A stretch of DNA of 64,000 nt from Octopus bimaculoides (lineage: Eukaryota). How positions within the stretch are numbered: position 1 is the first letter of the stretch; each line of letters opens with the position of its first letter. Below, one piece after another: positions 40,553 to 53,899 of this stretch. The position numbers and the translations under genes were made by a program. Location: positions 20,865,279 through 20,929,278 of the forward strand of contig NC_068996.1 of the NCBI RefSeq assembly GCF_001194135.2, written 5' to 3'. Below the pieces are notes generated by a model, which had not been told where the DNA came from, searched no databases, and was given only the letters and a program-made list of their open reading frames with translations.

Positions 40553-40990
40553 CCTGCAATTCAAATGTCCAGCCTTATCACATTGTGCTACATTGATACT
40601 ATTTGAGAGTTACACTAAGGGTACACAGGTGCCTGTGGAATACTCAGTCACTTACAAGCTAATTGAATGGTACGGCACTCTGTTGGTTATGACAACAAAT
40701 GTTCCAGTTCAATTCAATCAAATGAACAGCCTGCTCTTGAAAAATTAATATGCAAGTGGCCGAATGCTTCAGACACACATACCCTTAATGTAGTTCTCAG
40801 GGAGATAGAGTGTGACACAGAATGTGACAAGCTCTGGCCCATTTGAATTACAGGTACAAATCATTTGTGCCAGCTAAGTGGATTGGAGCAATGCAAAATA
40901 AAATGTTTTGCTCAAGGACACAGCACACTGTTGGGAATCGAACTCACTACCTTACAATTGTGAGCCGAATACGCAAACCACTAAGCCATG
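40553..40990 (-). mobile_element. tRNA-derived SINE (family C-related) with an adjacent inverted partial copy
   Basis: Minus-strand head near 40990 (gggaatcgaactc B box on +). Degenerate inverted arms about 40553-40664 and 40743-40854. Confidence 0.65.
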
Positions 40991-41666
40991 CCTTCACTCA
41001 CTGGTTACTATTTTATTCTCTAACTCAGTAGTTACTATTTTATTCTGGTGAACCCCCATGGCCATTCGATATTTAAAAACTAATTTTATAGATACTTCTT
41101 TCAAAGTTTCTACATTGTTATTCACTAGTAAGGTTGAACAATGCAAAATGTTAGAAAAAGAAACCTAGCTGTTTCTTGCAATACATACATTAAAAAAAAA
41201 AAAAAACTATTCCTGGGCCCTTAAAATAATAGTGTGAATCCCTAATTTACTATCTTGCTAGCGTGAACCCCCAAAAATCTTATATGAACTTCTAGGGGCC
41301 ATATGAATCCTGGTTGAGAACCACTGCTTTAAGTGAATGAATAAACAGACAGCAATAGCAGTGCTACTACTACCATCATTATTCTATACATACATGGGTC
41401 ATATACATCTCCTTTACAGCATCTTTCCACATCCACGTTCTTGTATAACTTCCTCTGTAAGATTCAGAGATCAACTCCTAACACTTCATCATATGTCTCC
41501 CTTGTTCTTCTGCTTCCACAGGTTCCTCCCATTCAGATCACTCAACAATTCTTTATCCAACCCAAAGTAACAAGCTGGCAAAAACGTTGGAACACCATAC
41601 ACAATCATTTCAGAGTCAACAAAATAAGTACCTGTTGAGCACTGGTATTGATGTAATCAAGTATCC

Positions 41667-41697
<31 letters not shown>

Positions 41698-42129
41698 TTT
41701 CAAGCCTTGTACCAAAAGTAGAAACAAAAGATTCTTTACTCAACTAATATGTAATATATTTTCTCTTTCACACTGCAGTCAGTTCATCTCGTATATATGT
41801 TTATTTTTGTTTTTTCTACATAATTGAATCTATTTATGCACCATGATACATGTATGCTGAAGTTAAAACCCAACAAAGCACGCACACACGCAAGCACACA
41901 CACACACACACACACACACGCATCCAACAATTTCACGAATGCCACAGAGTGAAAACATTTAAAATCTAAACATTTTGAAATGATAATGTAAATTATGTCA
42001 GAAATTCAGTGCCACATAGAAATAGTTGGAATTTTCCAGAGAAAGTATGTATGTTAGTTATAGCTGCATGCTAGGAATAAAGAAGAAAACTATTTTCCCA
42101 CAATAATTAAAACAAAAGGATCAATTTTA

Positions 42130-43037
42130 TATTCTTTTGTTTGTTTCAGTCTTCTGACTGCAGCCATGCTGGAGCACCGCCTTTAGTCGAGCAAATCGAC
42201 CCCAGAACTTATTCTTTGGATGACTAGTACTTATTCTATTGGTCTCTTTAGCCTAACCGCTAAGTTACGGGGATGTAAACACACCACCATCGGTTGTCAA
42301 GCGATGTTGGAGGGGACAAACACAGACACACAGACATATACACATATATATATATACATATATACGACAGGCTTCTTTCAGTTTCCGTCTACCAAATCCA
42401 CTCACAATGTNNNNNNNNNNNNNNNNNNNNNNNNNNNNNNNNNNNNNNNNNNNNNNNNNNNNNNNNNNNNNNNNNNNNNNNNNNNNNNNNNNNNNNNNNN
42501 NNNNNNNNNNNNNNNNNNNNNNNNNNNNNNNNNNNNNNNNNNNNNNNNNNNNNNNNNNNNNNNNNNNNNNNNNNNNNNNNNNNNNNNNNNNNNNNNNNNN
42601 NNNNNNNNNNNAAGAGATAAGAGATATATTGTATACTCTTACTCTTTTACTTGTTTCAGTCATTTGACTGCGGCCATGCTGGAGCACCGCCTTTAGTCGA
42701 GCAAATCGACCCCAGAACTTATTCTTTGGATGACTAGTACTTATTCTATTGGTCTCTTTAGCCTAACCGCTAAGTTACGGGGATGTAAACACACCACCAT
42801 CGGTTGTCAAGCGATGTTGGAGGGGACAAACACAGACACACAGACATATACACATATATATATATACATATATACGACAGGCTTCTTTCAGTTTCCGTCT
42901 ACCAAATCCACTCACAATGTTTTTGGTTGGCCCAAGGCTACAGTAGAAGGCACTTGCCCAAAGTGCCACGCAGTGGGAATGAACCTGGAACCATGTGGTT
43001 GGTAAGCAAGCTACTTACCACACAGCCACTCCTGCAT
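42130..43037 (-). mobile_element. SINE family B, duplicated on both sides of an N-gap (about 42130-42410 and 42637-43037)
   Basis: tRNA head plus ggcaagtgtcttctactatagcc-type core and internal (AT)/(AC) tract. A plus-strand copy lies at about 50812-51232; fragments at about 6030-6190, 16270-16430, 34380-34520. Confidence 0.85.
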
Positions 43038-43214
43038 GTGTTGTGTGTGTATGTGTAGGTATGTATATAAATTTATAATTGAAGTTTTGGGTTTGCCCTA
43101 TAGAAACCTGATGACAACATAAAGTATGACAGCTAACAGTTCTTCTATGTGCTAGATATTGTCTATAATTATTAGTGACAAATACACATACACTAACACA
43201 CTTGCATACACATT

Positions 43215-43216
<2 letters not shown>

Positions 43217-43250
<34 letters not shown>

Positions 43251-43600
43251 GGTCGTTTAACGTCCGCTTTCCATGCTAGCATGGGTTGGACGATTTGACT
43301 GAGGACTAGTGAAACCAGATGGCTACACCAGGCTCCAATCTGATTTGGCAGAGTTTCTACAGCTGGATGCCCTTCCTAACGCCAACCACTCCAAGAGTGT
43401 AGTGGGTGTATTTACGTGCCACCGGCACGAAGGCCAGTCAGGTGGCACAGGCAACGGCCACGCTCAAAATGGTGTATTTTACATGCTACCCGCACAAGAG
43501 CCAGTCCAGGGGCACTGGCAACGATCTCGTTCGAGAATCCTTACACATGCCGCGGGCACAAGTGCCAGAAAGGCGATGCTGGGCACAGGTGCCATCACAA
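43217..43600 (-). repeat. RTE-3'UTR copy
   Basis: Near-collinear reverse complement of 34837-35200. Confidence 0.85.
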
Positions 43601-43789
43601 TTTCGCTTTCATTAATAATATATATTACATTACATATTACCAGCTCTAATAGCCATTCAACATTTCTCCAGACACAGTAATGAAATGTATCAATGATAAT
43701 AGGTGCAGGTGTGGATGTGTAGTTAAGAAGCTTGCTTCCCAACCACTTGGTTCCAGGTTCAGTTTCACTGCACGGCTCCTTGGGTTGGA

Positions 43790-44185
43790 AGTGATCACTA
43801 GTGATAGCAACGTAATGTCTCCATTCATCTTCCTACACAGCCTCAGACTTAACCCAATAGCCTACATTAAATGCTTGGAGGAGGTAGTGCTGCCCTGGGT
43901 CAAGAGGGTGGCTACTGGAAGACCCTATGTCTGGCAACAGCACTCTGCACCATGCCACACAAGCAGGAGAACCCAGTGATGGCTGTCAGACAATTTCTGG
44001 GACCACATCACCCCTAACATCTGGCCACCTAACTCCCCAGACTGCAACCCCCTTGATTATTATGTGTGGGGCACAGTTGAACAAGAGACCAACAAAACTC
44101 CTTGTAACACCAAAGCTGAACTGAAGGCAAGGATCATGACAGCATTCACCAACTTAAACAAGGAGACCATCCAGAGGAGTTGCAG
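43790..44185 (+). mobile_element. maT/DD37D-like transposase fragment, truncated by a gap
   Basis: YIKCLEEVVLPWVKRVATGRPYVWQQHSAPCHTSRRTQ*WLSDNFW...IWPPNSPDCNPLDYYVWGTVEQETNKTPCNTKAELKARI. Confidence 0.8.
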
Positions 44186-44744
44186 NNNNNNNNNNNNNNN
44201 NNNNNNNNNNNNNNNNNNNNNNNNNNNNNNNNNNNNNNNNNNNNNNNNNNNNNNNNNNNNNNNNNNNNNNNNNNNNNNNNNNNNNNNNNNNNNNNNNNNN
44301 NNNNNNNNNNNNNNNNNNNNNNNNNNNNNNNNNNNNNNNNNNNNNNNNNNNNNNNNNNNNNNNNNNNNNNNNNNNNNNNNNNNNNNNNNNNNNNNNNNNN
44401 NNNNNNNNNNNNNNNNNNNNNNNNNNNNNNNNNNNNNNNNNNNNNNNNNNNNNNNNNNNNNNNNNNNNNNNNNNNNNNNNNNNNNNNNNNNNNNNNNNNN
44501 NNNNNNNNNNNNNNNNNNNNNNNNNNNNNNNNNNNNNNNNNNNNNNNNNNNNNNNNNNNNNNNNNNNNNNNNNNNNNNNNNNNNNNNNNNNNNNNNNNNN
44601 NNNNNNNNNNNNNNNNNNNNNNNNNNNNNNNNNNNNNNNNNNNNNNNNNNNNNNNNNNNNNNNNNNNNNNNNNNNNNNNNNNNNNNNNNNNNNNNNNNNN
44701 NNNNNNTATATATATATATATATATATATATGTATAGGCTAGCC

Positions 44745-44906
44745 CAAAAGTAGGTTTACAGTTATTCAACTATCTCTTTTGCATTCATATATTAACAATT
44801 TAAATCTTAATTATAAAAAAATATGAAACCATTATTCTATACCAATTTAGTTAATTGTAAGATAGAAATTTAAAGTGCCTACCTGATAACTGTAAACCTA
44901 CTTTTG
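44745..44906. mobile_element. Short MITE-like element
   Basis: Perfect 21-bp inverted repeat CAAAAGTAGGTTTACAGTTAT (44745-44765) / 44886-44906. Confidence 0.7.
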
Positions 44907-44910
44907 TATA

Positions 44911-44942
<32 letters not shown>

Positions 44943-45325
44943 ATCATAATCATCCTTTAATGTCTGCTTTCCATGCTGGCAGGGGTTGGATGGTTTGACG
45001 GAGGACAGGTAAGCCAGGAGGCTGCACCAGGCTCCAATCTGATCTGGTAAGGTTTCTACAGCTGGATGCCCTTCCTAACGCCAACCATTCTGAGAATGTA
45101 GTGGGTACTTTTTACATGCCACCAGCACTGGCATCAGCCATGCTCAAATGGTGCTTTTTATGTACCACCAGCACGGGTGCCAGTCAGGTGCTATTGGCAT
45201 TGGTCATGCTCAAATGGTGCTTTTTACATGCCACTAGCACGGGAGCCAGTCAGGCGACACTGGTATCAACCATGCTTGAATGGTGCTTTTTAAGTGCCAG
45301 TCAAGTGGTACATGTATATATATAC

Positions 45326-45368
<43 letters not shown>

Positions 45369-46515
45369 CATACATACATATATTATTTGACATGCAAAAA
45401 CAAAAAACAAAAAACAAAGAAAAAAGGAAATGGGAGTTAATTTCTGAATACTTTTAAAGTTGAAGGTTTCTTTGCACTGGCATATGGAAATATGTTTGGC
45501 AAATTTCTTTTAATGGATGTAATTTAAATTAGATACAAAGTGGATGGTATTCGGTCTGTGAAATGTAGGAAGTTAATGTAAGAAGAGTATAAACTTAGAA
45601 TTAAAACACTTGTCAGTATAGACAGAGGAATGAAAAGTACAAATATAAAGCAGATCTAAAAGTATAATGAAATAATAAGTCTAAATTATAAATTAATAGA
45701 TAAAGTAGACACTAAAGCACAATGGCATTCTTAGACCCATTGGGTCCTGTCCAACCATCCAACCCATGCTAGCATGGAAAATGGACATTAAATGATAATT
45801 ATCATGATGATGATGAATGATTTCTAAAAGAAGATATACAAGACGAGTCATTAGCCAGGCAGGTTAATGGGACGTTAGGACATTTGAAGAAATATTTACA
45901 AAGTTGAAAACATTCTGGATGGTGGTTCAGTTAATCACTTAAAGGTTTTGTGTTCTGTAATATTGCAGAATTCTGTACAGTGCACAAACAGCGTCTTTTT
46001 CTTCCATTAATATATGGTCAGGTTTCTCACAAATTCACCATTTAATTGTGCAGTTCCTGTTGTTTTCCCAGATATGTTTTGACAAAGCTGCAGCTTTCTC
46101 CATCTCTAAGAGTGACTAAATGAATAATAGACATTACGCATAATGTCCGCAATGATATCTGTAAATTACAGGATTCACTGAAACAGCTGCAAAGGGATAA
46201 CTATACAATGGGTGCTATTTTCATGCTACCAACACAAGTGAGGTTACCATGAAGTTTGCAAGACTATGAAACTTGAAAGAGGTGGCTTTATGCTAGGAGA
46301 TGAAGGGTTAAAATATGAGAGAAGGTGCCATAGCTGAACAAGTTTTTTTTGCTGTAGAAGAGCTACATGGCCACCTATATTTTAGAAGAGAGGGTGTAGG
46401 GGCAATTAGGTGATGAAGTCTCTGTGGACCCTCCAGATATGAAGTGAGCAGAAGTGAATAGAGGCAAAAGAACCAAGGATGTAAATGGGTAAAGGTTGCA
46501 AGAGTGTATGGGGGG

Positions 46516-46520
<5 letters not shown>

Positions 46521-46595
<75 letters not shown>
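46521..46595. repeat. (AG)n microsatellite; representative of many (AT)n, (AC)n, (CAT)n, (AAT)n, (ATAC)n and (AGAT)n tracts in the window
   Basis: Directly visible. Many N-gaps abut (AT)n tracts. Confidence 0.95.
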
Positions 46596-46598
<3 letters not shown>

Positions 46599-47524
46599 GG
46601 TGGATAAAGGGATCAATATAATACAGAAAAATTGCTGAAGGGTAAGTAGGGAAGGAATGGAGGACAGAATGACAACTGTAGAGACAGGAAAGGCTTGAGA
46701 GGTGGATGTAGTGAATGGTGAATATGGGGTGGTGTGGTGGTCAATGATACATGGGAGTGAAGACTAGCAGAAAAGTAATGATGATATAGTAAACAGTGAA
46801 AGGATGAGAGAGAGAGAGAGAGAGTGTTGATGGGCAACTTGGCTGGTTATGAGAGTGGAAGAGAGAAGAGAGAGAGAGAGAAACAAGTGTAGTGCATGAG
46901 GAGAGTGAGAGACTTATGGTGGTGGAGAAGGTGAGATGTTTTGGAGGCTAAGGGTGTGGAGGTCAATGTAAAATGTGGATGGAGAAGACAATATCAAATG
47001 AAATGGTTCAGGGTAGTGAGAAAAATTAATAGCACCGAGGAAGAGCTGCAGTTAGAGAGATGAAGTGTGGTGGGGTGTCTTGGTAAAGAAATATTATAGG
47101 AAAAGTTTGCCACTATATTGAAATTTAACTAGAGAGAAAGATGTCAAAACAAAAGGATCAGTGAATTTGAATTTTATTTTCTATAAAAGTTGACATTTGA
47201 TGACAAAATATAATGTATGTTTGATAATATATATTATGTAATTGTGTATATAGCCATCATTATCACCACACACACACACCCATGTATATATATATACATA
47301 CAATAAGGTAGTCTGTTCCTATTCAAAGCTTGGTCACTTTTCATTAGATGTGCTGTTTCTGTGCATGAGCATTTAAGTGGCTTTTGTCTCAAGAGCTGTT
47401 TGAAATTTGCATTACAGAGTAAATATGTCTTACATCAAATGGCACAGAGTTGTTTGTCTCGTCTGATTTATGAATAGTTAAATGCCTTCTTAGATCAGCA
47501 TGGGACTTACAGGTCATATAACAA

Positions 47525-47965
47525 ACATCATCATCATCATCATCGTTTAACGTCCGCTTTCTATGCTAGCATGGGTTGGACGATTTGACTGAGGACTGGT
47601 GAAACCGGATGGCAACACCAGGCTCCAGTCTAATTTGGCAGAGTTTCTACAGCTGGATGCCCTTCCTAACGCCAACCACTCAGAGAGTGTAGTGGGTGCT
47701 TTTACGTGTCACCCGCACGAAAACGGCCATGCTCGAAATGGTGTCTTTTATGTGCCACCCGCACAAGCCAGTCCAGGGGCACTGGCAACGATCTCGCTCG
47801 AAAATCCTACGGGAGCCAGTCAGGCGGTACTGGCAACAGCCACGCTCAAAATGGTGCATCTCATGTGCCACCCGCACAAGAACCAGTCCAGGGGCACTGG
47901 CAACGATCTTACTTGGCTTGCCGGGTCTTCTCACGCACAGCACATTTCCAAAGGTCTCGGTCAGT
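47525..47965 (-). repeat. RTE-3'UTR copy reaching the ORF end but lacking the hairpin block
   Basis: The repeat units join directly to cttgccgggtcttctcacgcacagcacatttccaaag, which matches about 61603-61640. Confidence 0.75.
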
Positions 47966-48485
47966 AGTCAATGGTGTATGAATATATCTACTGGAATAAT
48001 CTTTGTGTCATTTAGACCAACTGTTTGAAGAGGAGTTCTAAGATGTGAAATTAAGCTAGGCCTAGAAAGGCAAGGTCTTACCACACATTGAGTAACTGAA
48101 GGATAACACTATTTCTATGTTTAGTAAGACATTATTTTTCTGTAATTTTCTTCCACTTTTTGCATGCTTTTGTGTGGTTACTCCAGACAAATCTTTGTTT
48201 CACTATTTCTTTCAATAGATTTAATATCTTTGTATGGTATATTTAACTCCCCAAGACTGGTTTTTAGCAAGTCATTAAATCAGTGTGTGTGTGGTGGAGG
48301 ACTTGCATTATTTTCATTTCCCAGCCAATAGTTCACCATAAAAAAAAAACCCTGCTTGGAGGTGCTCATCTTCCATTCATATTAAATGGCTAGTCTACCT
48401 CAAATGATTGGAAACCAGCAGAGAGTTAATTGGAGAGATTCCTGCTCTTACTAAAACCTTTGTATCTGGTGTAAACAATTTCCAG

Positions 48486-48531
<46 letters not shown>

Positions 48532-48533
<2 letters not shown>

Positions 48534-49719
48534 CTGGGTTAGCCAAAATGTCTGTTCAGTTTTTGTGAACTCTAAATTTCAAGCAGTTTCATAAGTAGCT
48601 AACTTCAGTTTGTCCCTTGCACATGCACACTTGTTATATACTTGACACTTCAATGTGATGTGAATGTGCAATAAGACAGATTGCATTTTGTATACTTGGG
48701 ATCACCCAGATAATGGAGAACTAAAGCAAACATTATCAACACCTCAAAGCAAGAAAGTGAGGGAAACCTGTAGGGAGATATGGGTTTTGTATGGAGAGGA
48801 TGCTGTTATGGGATATGTGTACCATAAGTGTTTTCCAAGATTTCAAACAGAAAATCATTTGGTTCAAGGCACAGCTCAATCCAAATGAGATTAACAGCCA
48901 CTAGGAGTTAGTTGACACCAATCCCTTATATGACCAGGATGATCGTTCATATTCTCCAAATATTCAAATCAAGTATTGAAACTTGGTTATGTTAGCAGGC
49001 TCAGTGTTTGGGGCCCCACATCAATTGAATGATGTTAACCATGACCAATAGATTTCCATCTGCAAGTTGTTGAAAAAACATGAAGAAAATATTCTTTTTG
49101 AAGAGAATGGTGACAGGATGGAAAATGAATCATCTACAACAATGTGAAGCACAAATGATAACAATGGGTGAAGCATCACAGACAAGTGAACCATCACAGA
49201 CAACCTCCAAAGCAGGACTTCAACCAAAGAAGGTTATGCTTTCAATTTGGTGAGATTTAAGAGCATCTTCCCAGCTGGATAAACTAAATGCAACAATCTA
49301 CCAGAAGCATTCAGCACTTGCTAATCATAAGGGCAGCTTTGTCTTTCATCATTACAATGCCAGATTGCACACTACTTTGCAAACACAATAAGCTATTGGG
49401 ACTTGACTGGGAAGTCTGGTGCGCTCTCCATATTTGACTGACCATGCACCTTCAGATTCCCACTGTTTTGGTTTCTTAAAAAATCAACTGAATGAGAGAC
49501 CTTCAGCTTTCAAGAGGATATCAAAATTCTCTTGGATGAGTTTTTCACCAGTAAAACTTGTTTGAGCTGGAAATAATGGATCTGCCTACAAGATGGCAGA
49601 AGTATACTGGAACAAAACGGTAATTATATCATTGATTGAATACATCACTTTATGTTTAAGACTTGTTTTATCTTTACTTAAAAAAAGAAACCAAACAAAC
49701 TTTTCAGTCTATTCCAATA
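48532..49719 (+). mobile_element. Decayed mariner element (second family)
   Basis: Degenerate TIRs (tactgggttagccaaaa / ttttcagtctattccaata). Remnants of WVPHQL, KKVML.IWW and HDNAR.H motifs. Confidence 0.75.
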
Positions 49720-50353
49720 CATATGTATTATGTATACATACATAAATATATACATATATATAGAGAGACATACATCATCATCATCGTTTAATGTCCGCTT
49801 TCCATGCTAGCATGGGTTGGACGATTTGACTGAGGACTGGCAAGCTACACCAGGCTCCAATCTGATTTGGCAGTTTCTACAGCTGGATGCCCTTCCGAGT
49901 GTAGTGGGTGCTTTTATGTGTCACCCGCACGAAGGCCAGTCATGTGGTACTGGCAACGGCCACGCTCAAAATGGTGTATTTTATGTGCCACCCGCACAAG
50001 ATGTACATACATATATATAACCATACACACATATATATGTATACATATACATACATACATATATAATCATATACATATATATACACATAATCATACACAC
50101 ACATATAATCATACACATACATATATATATAATCATACACACAAATATATACACACATACATATATCATACACATATACACACATGCATATATATATATA
50201 CAAACACATGTATATATATATATACATATATAGACACGTACGTATATATATATATATATATATATATACTTATATATATATATATATATATATATAAGTA
50301 TATATATGACTAATTGCAGGACTAGTGATTTTTCAAACATTGTTTTTCTATAT

Positions 50354-50681
50354 CAGTGCTATTAAATCAATTTTTAAGGTTATCTCTACAGATTTTCTAT
50401 AACAATTATAACCAGCACTAATTTGTTTTGACATTTCATATCTGAATGTATCTAATATAAACAAAGCGATCGAAGATGGACAAATAGGTAATGGACTCAG
50501 CATTAACTTAAAAAGTGTTTAGTATGCTTTGTAGTATATTATGGTTGCGTATATTATGCTGTTCCTACAAGTAATTAACCGAAAGCTCTTCAGTAACTTT
50601 CATGATCTCTGTTATGTTCTCCTTCAAGTGCCTGATAGAAAATCTGTAGAAATAATCTTAAAAAGTGATTTAATAACACTG
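50354..50681. mobile_element. MITE-like element with 47-bp inverted arms
   Basis: Arms 50354-50400 and 50635-50681, 43/47 complementary by manual count. CAGTG...CACTG ends. No TSD found. Confidence 0.55.
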
Positions 50682-50964
50682 CTAACAGAACAGTACTGCT
50701 TAATATAATTTGAAATATATTATGTTTGCATAATGAAACACATTGTCTGTACAGGTCATTATTATGTATGCACTAGCTGCCAGGAGTATGTTTAATATGT
50801 AAAATTGGTATAGGCATAGGAGTGGTAAGTAGCTTGCTTACGAACCACATGGTTCCAGGTTCAGTCCCACTGCGTGGCACCTTGGGCAAGTGTCTTCTAC
50901 TATAGCCTCGGGCCGACCAAAGCATTGTGAGTGGATTTGGTAGACAAAAACTGAAAGAAGCCCG

Positions 50965-51010
<46 letters not shown>

Positions 51011-51567
51011 GTGTGTATGTGTTTGTGTGTCTGTCCCCCCTAACATCGTTTGACAGCCGATGCTGATGTGTTTACATCCCCTGTAACTTAGTGGTTCAGC
51101 AAAAGATACTGATAGAATAAGTACTAGGCTTACAAAGAATAAGTTCTGGGGTTGATTTGCTCAACTAAAGGCAGTGCTCCAGCATGGCCACAGTCAAATG
51201 ACTGAAACAAGTAAAAGAGAGAGTAAAGAGTATATCCAATAATGTTTACAGTGATACACTTAATAGCTACTAAGCAATGGGTTTGTAGATGGCGCTGAAG
51301 AAGGAACAAAAACTCCTGAAATATGGCATATACACCCGTTATCTATTTTCCATCTTTGATTGCCTTGTTTACATTAGATAGACATATTTGAATACAAAAT
51401 GTTGTAACAAATCGGTGCTGGCTATAATTTCTATAGAAAATCTGTAGAGATGAGTACTTTCATTAACTTTCATAATCTCTTTTATGTTCTCTTTCAGGTG
51501 CATCTTTTGTTTAGCTCTTGTAGTTTACAATATTATTATGCAACCAACCATTAGATATAATACCTTC

Positions 51568-51795
51568 TATTTCTTTATTGCCCACAAGGGGCTACACATA
51601 GAGGGGACAAACAAGGACAGACAAACGGATTAAGTCGATTATATTGACCTCAGTGCGTAACTGGTACTTATTTAATTGACCCCAAAAGGATGAAAGGCAA
51701 AGTCGACCTCAGCGGAATTTGAACTCAGAACGTAGCGACAGATGAAATACCGCTAAGCATTTCGCCCGGCATGCTAACGTTTCTGCCAGCTCGCC
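51568..51795 (-). mobile_element. SINE family A copy with TSD
   Basis: 16-bp direct repeat TAGATATAATACCTTC at 51552-51567 and 51796-51811. Confidence 0.9.
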
Positions 51796-52273
51796 TAGAT
51801 ATAATACCTTCCTGTACTATCTGATTGACTATGCCAGTGCTTAGCTTTTGCCCTGCTTTACCAAAACATTTTAAGCATCTCAGCAGTAATTTCTGATGGA
51901 CTAAGCACTTTTCCTATCTTCATATCTTTAATCACTACCATTCTTCTGTCAATTTAAATGGCCAGTCCTTCTGTAGAGTCTACTTGAGGTAGTCCCTGCA
52001 TCTCCCATACTTTCTCTTCATCCAACAATCTCTTGAAATAGCATTTCCATATCTTTTTCTTTTCAGCATCAGTAAAAGCAAATGCACTGCGACCATTCCA
52101 AATATACTTTGCCCCACTGACATCTCAATTTCCTCTCACATACAACCTCCTGAAAACCTCATACCTCTGATTCTCATATCTTTGAATATTGGCAAATTTC
52201 TTTCTTATATCTTCTCTAGCTACATATAATTGTATCTAGCACCAAGATTATCTTCTTATTACTTGATTTTACT

Positions 52274-52661
52274 GTGGAGGCGCAATGGCCCAGTGGTTAG
52301 GGCAGCGGACTCGTGGTCATAGGATTTCGGTTTCGATTCCCAGACCGGGCGTTGTGAGTGTTTATTCAGCGAAAACACCTAAAGCTCCACGAGGCTCCGG
52401 CAGGGGATGGTGGCGAACCCGGCTGTACTCTACCACCACAACTTTCTCTCATTCCTACTTCCTGTTTCTGTTGTGCCTGTAATTCAAAGGGTCAGCCTTG
52501 TCACACTGTGTCACGCTGAATATACCCGAGAACTACGTTAAGGGTACACGTGTCTGTGGAATGCTCAGCCACTTGCACGTTAAGTTCACGAGCAGGCTGT
52601 TCCGTTGATCGGATCGACTGGAACTTTCGACGTCGTAAGCGACGGAGTGCCAACAACAATA
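52274..52661 (+). mobile_element. tRNA-derived SINE family C, full copy
   Basis: A box tggcccagtgg, B box gtttcgattcc, (AAC)n tail. 13-bp TSD ACTTGATTTTACT at 52261-52273 and 52662-52674. Confidence 0.9.
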
Positions 52662-53899
52662 ACTTGATTTTACTCCTTGCTGATCCCTTTCTTCTAGTCA
52701 TAAAGGCTAAGAGCCTTTATGACTATTGACTGCCACCACTCTATATTCCACCATGTCAGCCTCTTTTCAGCTAGGACCAAGCCAGTTGCCATTGGTAGGT
52801 TGCCATGCAGGAACTCGCAGCTGTTCTTCATACTTTAAGTTTCTTACTCTGCCATCTTAAGATATGCATTAATTAATATTTTTCTGAACCTTTTGCCGAT
52901 AGATAGGTTTTTCAACTTATGCTTGCCTTCTCCAAATAATCTTTTGTAGCTTGTTGCTTCTAACTCTTATTCTAAAAGTTACTCAACACTGGTCATTTAT
53001 TATTATCATTTTAATGTCTACTTTTCCATGCTTGTATGTAGCAGATAGAATTTATTGAGGTAAATTTTCTACAGCCAGATTCCATGCCTGTAACTAGTTT
53101 TCATCTGTTGGCAAACAAAGTAGTATTTCCTCATGGGCAGATATGTTTTTACGGAAGATTAGAAATACTGGATATACATGTTTATATACATATGTCTTGG
53201 CCCTGTGCCATTGTAACATTGCTCTCCACAAGCTTCCAGCCTGTGTGCTCCATTCACACATCCTGTCTCACTGTATCATTAATATCTGCTAGCCCCTGAC
53301 CTGTGTGTTCCACCCACACATAACAAGGAAACTTTTCACACACCCAACAAACCAATCTATATCTCTTCCTCACATTTCCTCCTTCATATACTATGCCTAG
53401 CTCTCACTCCCCAGTTCCTCTGTATCATTGCTATCCAGTAGCCCCACCGACACTATATATACCCAGGTTTTTTCCACTCACTCTCCCACCCACTGCACTC
53501 TAATCACACTTCCTTCACAATATCCTGTCACTTATATTATGGCGTTCGAACCATAAGTATATGTCCTGGCACATGCCACCATCTATATCTCTCTCTTCCT
53601 TTACTCAACCATCCTATCTATACTCTGATTCCCGTCCCTTGAGAGTATGCCCAGTATATTGCCACCACCTCTATCCTGCTATCTCCCACTCTCTCCTTCT
53701 CCTGCATTTCCCTCAGGCTGGATAACCATGTATTTTCTTTGCAGCAGCACTCCTGTTTCTGTCTTCATTCCTGATCTCTCTCTCTCTCTCTCTCTGGCTG
53801 GGTAACTTTGTACCTCCTCTATGGCAAAACACTTGTGCCTGTCTCACTATAACCTTTCATCATCTGATACAAGATCACCTCCTCTAATGCCCCCTCCCC

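Noticed and set aside
43309-43680. Recurrent ORFs containing LAEFLQLDALPNANHS or WLALGRASSCRN
   Set aside because: Chance frames through the non-coding RTE 3'UTR repeat, on either strand, with inconsistent starts and stops. Not a gene family.
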